Source: Verrucomicrobiia bacterium (GTDB taxonomy: Bacteria > Verrucomicrobiota > Verrucomicrobiia > Limisphaerales > UBA11358). Taken from it: a stretch of 53,200 nucleotides of DNA. The stretch is from contig DATCBW010000116.1 in assembly GCA_036511615.1 (NCBI GenBank), positions 1 through 53,200 on the forward strand, in the 5' to 3' direction. Made by a program: the position numbers and the translations under genes. Position 1 is the first letter of the stretch. The number at the start of each line of letters is the position of its first letter. The notes below the pieces were generated by a model. That model saw only the letters and a program-made list of their open reading frames with translations, was not told the origin of the DNA and did no database searches. Below are positions 1 to 7,546 of the stretch, piece by piece.

Positions 1-947
1 TCGCGGCCTGCGCCGGATTTGCCGCCGTGCCGTCGCGCGCCGCTGACACGCTCACGCTCGCGTGTATTCCGAAAAGCTCCGGCGGCGAGTATTGGGAAAC
101 CGTCGCGCGTGGCGCGCAGCAGGCCGCCAAAGACCTCGGCGTGACGCTCAAATGGGAAGGCACCGTCACCGAAACGGAAATCGCCGAGCAAAACAAAATC
201 ATCGAGAACATGGTCAACCTCGGCGTGCAGGGCATCGCGCTCGCGCCGCTGAACCAGAAGGCAACACGGCATGAAGTTGAATACGCCGTCAACGCCGGCA
301 TTCCCGTCGTCATTTTTGATTCGGCGGTGGATGGCAACGCACAATCCAGTTTCATCGCCACGGACAACCATCAAGGCGGCGTCATTGGCGGCAAGGAACT
401 CGTCCGGCTTATCGGCGATAAAAAAGGCGCGAAGGTGATGTGCATGAGGTTTGTGCAAGGCACCGGCAGCACCGAGGCGCGCTCGGAGGGATTCATTGAG
501 ACGGCCAAAGCCGCCGGTTACACGATCGCTGCCAATCCATATCCCGACACCGGCACGATTGAAGGTTGCAAAACCACCGCCGCAAACACGCTGGAAAAAT
601 TCGTGCAGGACGGCGTGCTCAACCTCGACGGGATTTTTGCCGCGAACCTGTATTCCACCATCGGCGTCGAATCCGCGCTGGAAGATTTGAAAAAAAGTGG
701 CGTGAAGGTGAACGTGAAATTCGTCGGCTTCGACACCTCCAAGGGGCTGATCGAAGATTTGCAGGCGGGAAAAATTGACGCGCTCGTGGCACAAAACCCG
801 GAGAAGGTAGGCTACCTCGCGATTCAAACACTTTACAAAGTCGTGAAGAAGGAAAAAGTCCCAGCCGTGATTGACACCGGCACGGTGCTCGTCACAAAGG
901 ATTCGCTGGCGAACGATCCCGCAGTGCGGAAGTTGGTGGGGTTGTGA
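1..947 (+). CDS. ABC transporter periplasmic sugar-binding protein (ribose/galactose-type periplasmic binding fold); 5' end outside window
   Basis: The frame is open from the window edge. The track ORF 27..947 starts at a GTG, and upstream codons read ..AACAGFAA, like the end of a signal peptide. The translation has the type-I sugar-binding-protein layout (IPKSSGGEYWETVARGAQQAAKDLGV.., ..DGIFAANL.., ..DALVAQNP..). An ABC ATPase and permease follow downstream. Confidence 0.8.
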   Translation, partial: AACAGFAAVPSRAADTLTLACIPKSSGGEYWETVARGAQQAAKDLGVTLKWEGTVTETEIAEQNKIIENMVNLGVQGIALAPLNQKATRHEVEYAVNAGIPVVIFDSAVDGNAQSSFIATDNHQGGVIGGKELVRLIGDKKGAKVMCMRFVQGTGSTEARSEGFIETAKAAGYTIAANPYPDTGTIEGCKTTAANTLEKFVQDGVLNLDGIFAANLYSTIGVESALEDLKKSGVKVNVKFVGFDTSKGLIEDLQAGKIDALVAQNPEKVGYLAIQTLYKVVKKEKVPAVIDTGTVLVTKDSLANDPAVRKLVGL

Positions 948-983
948 TGGCGTGCCGATTTCCTATTAGGCCACATCGCATAT

Positions 984-1319
984 ATGGACATACTGGTTTA
1001 CATCGGTTTTGCGTCGGCATTGGCCGTTACTCTTACGGTTCTATTTTGTCACCATCAAATTGCACGTCAAAAACCCATTTCATTTTGGACGGTTTGCTTA
1101 AGTGCTTTGAGTGCTACACTGATTGACTTCGTGTGCGTCTTCGGCTCGGACATATTTACGAGTCGTTTTTGGAATAACATTTGGGATAATACATCTTGGC
1201 CGCCGATAGTATTCTTTCTCTTTGCTTTTGGAATTCCACTATTGATTTGTCTTTCGTCATCCGCATTGATCGCTGTTTTTTATCACAGTCGAAGAAAAAA
1301 TGAGAAACCCGTGGCCTAA
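984..1319 (+). CDS. hypothetical small membrane protein (about 3 predicted TM segments), AT-rich orphan
   Basis: 111-aa ORF with three hydrophobic stretches (ILVYIGFASALAVTLTVLF, FWTVCLSALSATLIDFVCVF, PPIVFFLFAFGIPLLICLSSSALIAVF). It is visibly AT-richer than its neighbours. I recognise no family. Confidence 0.4.
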   Translation: MDILVYIGFASALAVTLTVLFCHHQIARQKPISFWTVCLSALSATLIDFVCVFGSDIFTSRFWNNIWDNTSWPPIVFFLFAFGIPLLICLSSSALIAVFYHSRRKNEKPVA

Positions 1320-1349
1320 CAGAGGAGTTTAGCAATCCGATAATTCGCC

Positions 1350-1460
1350 ATGCCCACTTCTCCCCGACTCGAAATGCGCGGCGTGCGCCGGAGCTTCGGC
1401 GCGACGAAGGCGTTGCGCGTCGTTGTCTTTCCAAAATTTTCCGCTAGGTTAATTGCATGA
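1350..1460 (+). pseudogene. duplicated 5' fragment (about 23 codons) of the downstream ABC ATPase gene, fused to 13 unrelated codons
   Basis: ATG at 1350 gives MPTSPRLEMRGVRRSFGATKALR, then VVVFPKFSARLIA and stop. The first part repeats the N-terminus of the 2125..3633 protein (..APTSPRLEMRGVRRSFGATKALRGVE..). Its stop TGA (1458-1460) overlaps the ATG (1457-1459) of the next gene. Confidence 0.75.
1368..1419. repeat. direct repeat copy 1 (52 bp, identical to 2155-2206)
   Basis: ctcgaaatgcgcggcgtgcgccggagcttcggcgcgacgaaggcgttgcgcg was read at both positions. Weaker similarity continues about 15-20 nt upstream of each copy. Confidence 0.9.
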
Positions 1461-1771
1461 TTGCAGAACCGCCCGCCACACACATCCGCCTGGACAAATC
1501 CGGGACGGCTTGGATTGATGACACGAATGTCAAAGTCGTTGAAGTCATTGAGGAGCATCTGGCGCATGGGGAAGGCCCGGATGAGCTTCATGTGCAGCAC
1601 CCGGATCTTTCGCTGGCCCAGATTCATTCCGCGTTTGCCTATTATTTCGATCATCGCGACGCGCTGGATGCGGAGATTGAACGCCGCTACCGCGCCGCGG
1701 AAGCATTGCGGGCCAAGGCAACCAACCAACCGACGCGAAAGAAACTCCTGGCGCGTTTGAACAAACGGTGA
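1457..1771 (+). CDS. DUF433-family protein (putative antitoxin)
   Basis: 104 aa. The pattern ..VKVVEVIEEHLAHGEGPDELHVQHPDLSLAQIHSAFAYYFDH.. matches the DUF433 signature as I remember it (..YP.L..e.I.aAl.YY). There is a 4-nt GTGA overlap with the following small gene. Confidence 0.65.
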   Translation: MIAEPPATHIRLDKSGTAWIDDTNVKVVEVIEEHLAHGEGPDELHVQHPDLSLAQIHSAFAYYFDHRDALDAEIERRYRAAEALRAKATNQPTRKKLLARLNKR

Positions 1772-2118
1772 GCCTGCCGCTATACATGGACGTGCATGTG
1801 CGCCGTTCCGTGGTTCTGGCGTTGCGATTGCGCGGCGTGGACGTGTTGACCGCGCAGAAAGACGGCACGGCACAATTTGAAGATGACGATTTGCTTGACC
1901 GGGCGATGCAGTGCGGCCGCGTTTTATTTTCGCAGGACCAGGATTTGCTGAACGAAGCATCGGCGCGGCAGCGCGGCGGAAAGGAATTCGCCGGCGTCAT
2001 TTACGCGCACCAGCAAAACGTCAACGTGCGCCAGACGATTGATGATTTGGAACTGATCGCCAAAATCTGCGGGCCGGAAGAACTGGCAAATCGCGTCATT
2101 TTTCTCCCGCTGAAATAA
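1768..2118 (+). CDS. DUF5615 / Mut7-C-like PIN-fold protein (putative toxin)
   Basis: 116 aa with a GTG start overlapping the upstream stop. The sequence LYMDVHVRRSVVLALRLRGVDVLTAQ...DDDLLDRAMQCGRVLFSQDQDL fits the DUF5615 layout that commonly pairs with DUF433. Confidence 0.6.
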   Translation: MSLPLYMDVHVRRSVVLALRLRGVDVLTAQKDGTAQFEDDDLLDRAMQCGRVLFSQDQDLLNEASARQRGGKEFAGVIYAHQQNVNVRQTIDDLELIAKICGPEELANRVIFLPLK

Positions 2119-2124
2119 TTTTTG

Positions 2125-3633
2125 ATGCAAACAACCGCCCCAACTTCCCCCCGGCTCGAAATGCGCGGCGTGCGCCGGAGCTTCGGCGCGACGAAGGCGT
2201 TGCGCGGCGTGGAGCTGTCCGTCGCGCCCGGCGAAGTCATGGCGCTCGTCGGCGAAAACGGCGCGGGCAAATCCACCTTGATGAAAATTTTGTCCGGCGC
2301 GATTCCGCCGGACGAAGGCAAAATGTTTCTCGACGGCGCGGCTTATGTTCCCGGCAATCCGCTCCACGCGCGCCAGTCCGGCGTGGCGATGATTTATCAG
2401 GAACTCGCGCTCGCGCCGCATCTCTCCGTGATGGAAAACATCCTGCTCGGCATCGAGCCAACGCGCGGGCCGCTTTTGAAACGGGCGGAAATGAGACGTC
2501 GCGCCGCCGCCGCACTTGCCGAAGTCGGCCTTGAAAATCTTTCCCTGGAAACGCAGGCGCGCCGAATTCCCATCGCGCAGCAGCAACTGGTGGAAATCGC
2601 CCGCGCGGTGGCGCTGAACTGCCGCGTGCTGGTGCTGGACGAGCCGACGAGTTCGCTGGCGGCCAGGGACGTTGAAAAACTGTTCGCGCTGATCCGCCGG
2701 CTCAAGGCCAAAAATATTTCCATCGTCTATATTTCCCATTTTCTCGAAGAAGTCCGCGTGATCTCGGATCGTTTCACGGTTCTGCGCGACGGCGAAACGG
2801 TCGGCACCGGCTTGACGGCGGACACGTCCAACGAAAAAATCATCGCGCTCATGGTTGGGCGCAACGTGAACGAGCTTTATCCGCGTTCCGCGCGCGCACC
2901 GGGCGAAGTGATTCTGGAGGTGAACCAATTGAGCGGCGTCATCAAGCCCAGGGCGGCGGCGTTGCAGTTGCGGCGCGGGGAAGTGCTGGGCATTTCCGGC
3001 ATTGTCGGGGCGGGACGAACGGAATTGTTGCGCGTCATTTTTGGGTTGAACCGCGTGGCGGGCGGCGAAATCCGCGTCAATGGTTTCACCGGAGCCGCCT
3101 CGCCGGCCAGACGCTGGGCGCAGCGCGTCGGCCTCGTGAGCGAAGACCGCAAGACCGAGGGTCTCGCGCTGGGCTTGAGCATTGCGGACAACCTGACCCT
3201 GTCTCGTTTGGGCGGACTGGGGCCGCTGGGACTCGTGCTGCCGTCGCGCCAGCGCGCCGCGTGCCGGCCATGGATCGAAAAAATTCCGATCAAATGCCAG
3301 GGACCGGAGCAGCGCATCAATGGCTTGAGCGGCGGCAACCAGCAGAAGGTGGCCATCGCCCGGCTGTTGTATGCTGACGTTGATGTGCTGCTGCTGGACG
3401 AGCCGACGCGCGGCATTGATGTCGGCTCGAAGGCGCAGATTTACCAGTTGATTGACGAACTGGCGGCGCGCGGCAAGGCCGTTCTGATGGTCAGCAGTTA
3501 CATTCCCGAACTGCTCGGCGTGTGCGACCGGATCGCCGTCATGTCGCGCGGCAAGCTCGGCGAGGCGCGCGCGCGGGCGAAATGGGATGAAAAGCAACTG
3601 CTCGCGGCGGCGATTGGGCAGGAAGAAAATTAA
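2125..3633 (+). CDS. sugar ABC transporter ATP-binding protein (duplicated ATPase, RbsA/MglA-like)
   Basis: Two Walker A motifs (GENGAGKST, GIVGAGRTE), two Walker B motifs (VLVLDEPTS, VLLLDEPTRGID) and the signature LSGGNQQKV. I prefer the ATG at 2125; the track start at 2122 is a TTG one codon upstream. Confidence 0.9.
   Translation: MQTTAPTSPRLEMRGVRRSFGATKALRGVELSVAPGEVMALVGENGAGKSTLMKILSGAIPPDEGKMFLDGAAYVPGNPLHARQSGVAMIYQELALAPHLSVMENILLGIEPTRGPLLKRAEMRRRAAAALAEVGLENLSLETQARRIPIAQQQLVEIARAVALNCRVLVLDEPTSSLAARDVEKLFALIRRLKAKNISIVYISHFLEEVRVISDRFTVLRDGETVGTGLTADTSNEKIIALMVGRNVNELYPRSARAPGEVILEVNQLSGVIKPRAAALQLRRGEVLGISGIVGAGRTELLRVIFGLNRVAGGEIRVNGFTGAASPARRWAQRVGLVSEDRKTEGLALGLSIADNLTLSRLGGLGPLGLVLPSRQRAACRPWIEKIPIKCQGPEQRINGLSGGNQQKVAIARLLYADVDVLLLDEPTRGIDVGSKAQIYQLIDELAARGKAVLMVSSYIPELLGVCDRIAVMSRGKLGEARARAKWDEKQLLAAAIGQEEN
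2155..2206. repeat. direct repeat copy 2 (inside the intact ATPase gene)
   Basis: Identical 52-mer to 1368-1419. Confidence 0.9.
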
Positions 3634-3640
3634 ATTTCAA

Positions 3641-4501
3641 ATGAGCGAGAAAATTGAAGGCGGAAAAAAACTGCCGTGGCTGAATCCCAAATGGGCGAAC
3701 CTGCTGGGACGGTTTCTGGCGCTGCTCATCGTGTTCGCGTTTTTCGCGCTGATGGTGCAGGATGGAAAATTCTACACGCTGCGCAACCTGGAAAACATCC
3801 TGCGGCAATGTTGCGTTTATGCGACGGCCGGCCTGGGCATGACGATGGTCATCGTCGGCGCGGGCATTGACCTTTCGGCCGGATCGCTCATCGCGCTGTC
3901 GGTCGTCGTGGTCGCGAGCGTTTTGGGAATCAATTTGACCGGAGCGGACGGGCAGCCGCATCCGTTCATGGAACTGCATCCCGCGCTGGCGCCGGTGGCG
4001 GCGGTGTTGGCGGGCACGCTGGCCGCAACGCTGGCAGGACTGTTCAATGGCCTCACCATCGTCGGCCTGCGGCTGATGCCGTTCATCGTCACGCTGGGAA
4101 CGATGGGCATGATCCGCGGCCTGGCGAAAGGCATCGCGCATGAACGCGACATTTATCCGCCGGACGAAACGTGGATCAATGCGATCATGGACCCGACGCT
4201 CTCCGGCGCGCACCGGCCGTGGTATGTGTTGCCGGTCGGTGTCTGGATTTTGTTCGGCTGCATTTTGGCGGCGTCGTTTGTGATGCGCTACACGCGGCTG
4301 GGCCGGCATATTTTTGCCGTGGGTTCCAACGAGGAAACGGCGCGGCTGTGCGGCGTGCCGGTGGGGCGGACGAAATTGTTCATCTACACGGCGAGCGGAT
4401 TTTTTTGCGGCATCGCGGGGCTGATGCAGTTTTCGTATATCGGCGGCATCATCATTGTCGCGGTGGCGATTGACCGCTGGCGTCACCGCAAGGCGGTTTG
4501 A
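3641..4501 (+). CDS. sugar ABC transporter permease (RbsC-like), apparently missing a conserved C-terminal segment
   Basis: The ATG at 3641 lies 8 nt after the ATPase stop. The track start at 3587 would overlap the ATPase. The protein is a multi-TM BPD type-2 permease (..TAGLGMTMVIVGAGIDLSAGS.., ..TRLGRHIFAVGSNEETARLCGV..). It is only 286 aa (see findings). Confidence 0.75.
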   Translation: MSEKIEGGKKLPWLNPKWANLLGRFLALLIVFAFFALMVQDGKFYTLRNLENILRQCCVYATAGLGMTMVIVGAGIDLSAGSLIALSVVVVASVLGINLTGADGQPHPFMELHPALAPVAAVLAGTLAATLAGLFNGLTIVGLRLMPFIVTLGTMGMIRGLAKGIAHERDIYPPDETWINAIMDPTLSGAHRPWYVLPVGVWILFGCILAASFVMRYTRLGRHIFAVGSNEETARLCGVPVGRTKLFIYTASGFFCGIAGLMQFSYIGGIIIVAVAIDRWRHRKAV

Positions 4502-4507
4502 GAAAAA

Positions 4508-5836
4508 TCAATGCTCCGGCACGAGCGCCTTCAAATCCTTCGGCAGCCACCAGCGCAGCAGCGGCCCGCACATCGCCGTCGTCGCCAGCGCCATGATGAC
4601 CAGCATCGTGAACAGTTCCGGCGTCAATAATTTCAGTTCCGGCCCGACGTTGATCGCGACCAGCCCCATCAGCGCGCGCGTGTTCATCAGCGCCGCGATG
4701 CTGGCCGCCTCGCGCACCGGCTGGCCGGTCAGCCGCGCGCCGAGAAAACAGCCGCCGAGTTTTCCGGCGACGGCGGCGGCCAGAATGAGCGCGCAGGCGA
4801 ACCACGCTTCCGGCGTCTGCAATCCGCCGATTTTCGTGTTCAAGCCCGTGTTCGTGAAAAAAACCGGCACGAACGCCACCAGCACCACGCCGGAAAAACG
4901 GTCGCGCCACGCCTTCACCAAACTCGGCTCCTGATGCAAGCAGGTTCCAAAAAGAAACGCGCCGAAGATGACAAAGATTCCGAGATAGTGCGTGATGAGT
5001 CCGCAACCGAACAGCCCGATGAGCAGCAGCGCGAGAAATGAATTCGGCATTCCTTTCTCATGCGCGTCGTGGACAATCTTGCGCCACAATTTCCGCAGCG
5101 CCGGGCCGATGATTCTTTGCAGCGCCAGATAAAATACCACGATGCCCGCGACCTGCAGCAGAAATCTCTTCCACTCGAAGCCCGTCGTCGTCAGCACCGT
5201 CGCCACGCCGAGCATCAACCAGCCGATCACGTCGTCAATCGCCGCCGCGCTGATGCACATCGCGCCGATGGCCGTGCGCTCCAGCTTCATCTCCAGCAAA
5301 ATCCGTCCCATAATCGGCAGCGCTGAAATGGAAAGCGCAATGCAGAAAAAAAGTTGAAAACCAAAGCGCGGAGTCTCCGGCGCAAATTTTTCATGCAGCC
5401 ACGGCCCGATGGCCAGCCCGCACAAGACCGGCGCGATGATTCCAAGCATTGAAACAGTCGTGACGGTCCGGGATTTCGCGCGCAGGTGGCTGTAGTCAAA
5501 TTCCATCCCGACCTGGAATAGCAAAAAAATCAAGCCGAGCTTGCCGAGCAGTTGCATGGATTGCTGCGTTTGCGCGGGGAACAGCACCGGCCAGTCATGC
5601 GGCCAGACCAGGCCAAGCGCCGACGGGCCAAGCAGAATTCCCGCCGCGATTTCCCCGACCGCCAGCGGCTGGTGAAAAAATCGCCTGCCCAGCCGCCCAA
5701 AAATGCAGGCGGCGGCAATGATGATCATCCATTGGATTAAAACGAGCGTGAGATGCCCTTCGATGGCTTCTGGATTCAGAATGAACGCCGGTAGATAGAA
5801 ATTTGCCCGCCGCAACGCAAGATTTATTCTTTTCAA
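4508..5836 (-). CDS. cation:proton antiporter (CPA2 / Kef-NhaP-type Na+/H+ exchanger family)
   Basis: 442 aa and polytopic. The N-terminal motif ..IFGRLGRRFFHQPLAVGEIAAGILLGPSALG.. is typical of Sodium/hydrogen exchanger family proteins. Confidence 0.8.
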   Translation of the reverse strand: MKRINLALRRANFYLPAFILNPEAIEGHLTLVLIQWMIIIAAACIFGRLGRRFFHQPLAVGEIAAGILLGPSALGLVWPHDWPVLFPAQTQQSMQLLGKLGLIFLLFQVGMEFDYSHLRAKSRTVTTVSMLGIIAPVLCGLAIGPWLHEKFAPETPRFGFQLFFCIALSISALPIMGRILLEMKLERTAIGAMCISAAAIDDVIGWLMLGVATVLTTTGFEWKRFLLQVAGIVVFYLALQRIIGPALRKLWRKIVHDAHEKGMPNSFLALLLIGLFGCGLITHYLGIFVIFGAFLFGTCLHQEPSLVKAWRDRFSGVVLVAFVPVFFTNTGLNTKIGGLQTPEAWFACALILAAAVAGKLGGCFLGARLTGQPVREAASIAALMNTRALMGLVAINVGPELKLLTPELFTMLVIMALATTAMCGPLLRWWLPKDLKALVPEH

Positions 5837-5849
5837 AATCGCGCGCGAG

Positions 5850-5879
5850 TTGACATCGCTCGCGCGGCTGCCCTACGCT
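5850..5879 (+). promoter_or_regulatory. possible sigma70-like promoter (TTGACA-N18-TACGCT) for the + strand lipid operon
   Basis: TTGACA lies at 5850-5855 and TACGCT at 5874-5879. The ATG at 5890 is only 10 nt after the -10 element, so the leader would be very short or absent. This is pattern match only, and promoter consensus in this phylum is uncertain. Confidence 0.25.
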
Positions 5880-5889
5880 GGCGCGTCGA

Positions 5890-7290
5890 ATGAACCTGAC
5901 AGAACTTTTAGACAGCTCCGCCCGCCGCTGGCCGCGAAAAACCGCGTTCGTCGAGGACACCGCCGAAATTTCCTACGCCGCGCTCGTGGAGAAAATGAAT
6001 TCGTTTGCGGAAAAATTAAAATCCCTCGATTTGCCGCCCGGTTCGCGCGTCGGCCTGTGTTTTACGAACTGCGTCAACTACGTCGCGCTCACTTACGCGT
6101 TCTGGAAAATCAACGCCATCGTCGTTCCCGTCCCCACCGAATGCCCGCCGGAAGAGCTGAATGAAATCGCCGCGACGATGGAACTCGCCGCCATCTTGAG
6201 CCAGAAACCGCTCGCGCAAAGCGAACCGCTCGCGCCGGAAATTTTTTTCACGCGCCTGAAACTTGCAGCGCCGCCGGACAATCACGGCCTCAACATCGCG
6301 TTCATCCGCTTCACGTCCGGCACCACTAACGCGCGCAAAGGCGTCGTCCTCTGCCACGAAACCATCCGTGACCGCGTCCTCACCGCGAACAAGGCTTTTC
6401 GCATCACGGAAAACGACACCGTCATCTGGTGCCTGCCGATGGCGCATCATTTTCTCATCACCATCGTTCTGTATTTGAACGTCGGCGCGACCGTGGTGCT
6501 GGCGCCGCACGTCACCGCCAAACCGTTTCTCGAAGCCGTCAATCACTGGCGCGGAACAATTCTCTACGCTGCGCCATTTCATTTCTCGCTGCTCGCGCGC
6601 GACCAATCCGGCGCGCAGATCCAAAACGTCCGCCTCGCCGTCTCGACAACGTGTTCGCTGCCGCAGGAAGTGGCGCAGGAATTTTTCAAACGCTTCGGCA
6701 AACCGCTCGTCCCCGCGCTCGGCATCATCGAACTCGGCCTCGTCGCGCTCAACACCGAAGACCCGTTGAACCGCTGGAATTCCGTCGGCAAAATCGCCAC
6801 GGATTTTCAAGTGAAAATCCTTTCGCCCGTCGAACACGGCGTCGGCGAAGTGGCCGTGGCCGGCCCCGGCATCTGCGACGCCTACGCCGCGCCGTGGCAG
6901 CCGCGCGAACAGATTTTGCGCGACGGCTGGTTCGTCACCGGCGACCTGGGCCGTTTCGACGCCGACGGATTTTTGTTTCTGCTGTCGCGCACCACCGCCG
7001 TCATCAATCTCGCCGGGCGGAAGGTCTTTCCCGAAGAAATCGAGGCCGTGCTGAACCGCCATCCGTCCATCCGCGAATCGCGCGTGTTTGGCCGCGTGCA
7101 TCCGCACCTGGGCGAAGTCGTCGAAGCGGAAATTGTTTTGTCTGCTGAAAACGCCAGCATCGAAAATCTTTCACACTTTTGCCGCGAACATCTGGCGTCC
7201 TATAAAATTCCCACGCGGTTTCACGTCGTTCGGGAATTGCCGCGCACGCCGGTAACTGGCAAAATCCGCCGCGTGGCCGCCACGGCCTGA
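5890..7290 (+). CDS. AMP-dependent acyl-CoA/acyl-ACP synthetase (ANL superfamily, fatty-acyl-AMP-ligase-like)
   Basis: The adenylation core motifs are present: FTSGTTNARKGV, WFVTGDLG, GRKVFPEEIE and a C-terminal ..TPVTGKIRR. An ACP gene follows 1 nt later. Confidence 0.85.
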   Translation: MNLTELLDSSARRWPRKTAFVEDTAEISYAALVEKMNSFAEKLKSLDLPPGSRVGLCFTNCVNYVALTYAFWKINAIVVPVPTECPPEELNEIAATMELAAILSQKPLAQSEPLAPEIFFTRLKLAAPPDNHGLNIAFIRFTSGTTNARKGVVLCHETIRDRVLTANKAFRITENDTVIWCLPMAHHFLITIVLYLNVGATVVLAPHVTAKPFLEAVNHWRGTILYAAPFHFSLLARDQSGAQIQNVRLAVSTTCSLPQEVAQEFFKRFGKPLVPALGIIELGLVALNTEDPLNRWNSVGKIATDFQVKILSPVEHGVGEVAVAGPGICDAYAAPWQPREQILRDGWFVTGDLGRFDADGFLFLLSRTTAVINLAGRKVFPEEIEAVLNRHPSIRESRVFGRVHPHLGEVVEAEIVLSAENASIENLSHFCREHLASYKIPTRFHVVRELPRTPVTGKIRRVAATA

Positions 7291-7291
7291 T

Positions 7292-7546
7292 ATGATTCAA
7301 CCATCAGAAATCGAAACCGAACTGCTCGCGTTCCTGCGCCGCGATATTTTTTCGCCCGACACGAACCTCACGCCAGAAACCGATCTCGTCGGCGCGGGCT
7401 TCGACTCCATGTCGCTCGTGAAGACGCTGCTGCACGTCGAGACGAAGTTCGGCAAATGGATTCCCGAAGGCGAAATCACCGGCGACGCGCTCGCGAACAC
7501 CCGCGCGCTCGCCGCGACCGTCGCCCGCGTCCTCAATGAAAAATAG
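7292..7546 (+). CDS. acyl carrier protein
   Basis: 84 aa with the phosphopantetheine attachment motif GFDSMSLV. Confidence 0.8.
   Translation: MIQPSEIETELLAFLRRDIFSPDTNLTPETDLVGAGFDSMSLVKTLLHVETKFGKWIPEGEITGDALANTRALAATVARVLNEK

Noticed and set aside
1924-3597. 557-aa ORF on the minus strand opposite the ABC ATPase gene
   Set aside because: It is a typical high-GC shadow ORF. The translation is an Arg/Ala/Gly/His-rich low-complexity sequence with no motifs. The plus-strand frame carries unmistakable Walker and ABC signature motifs.
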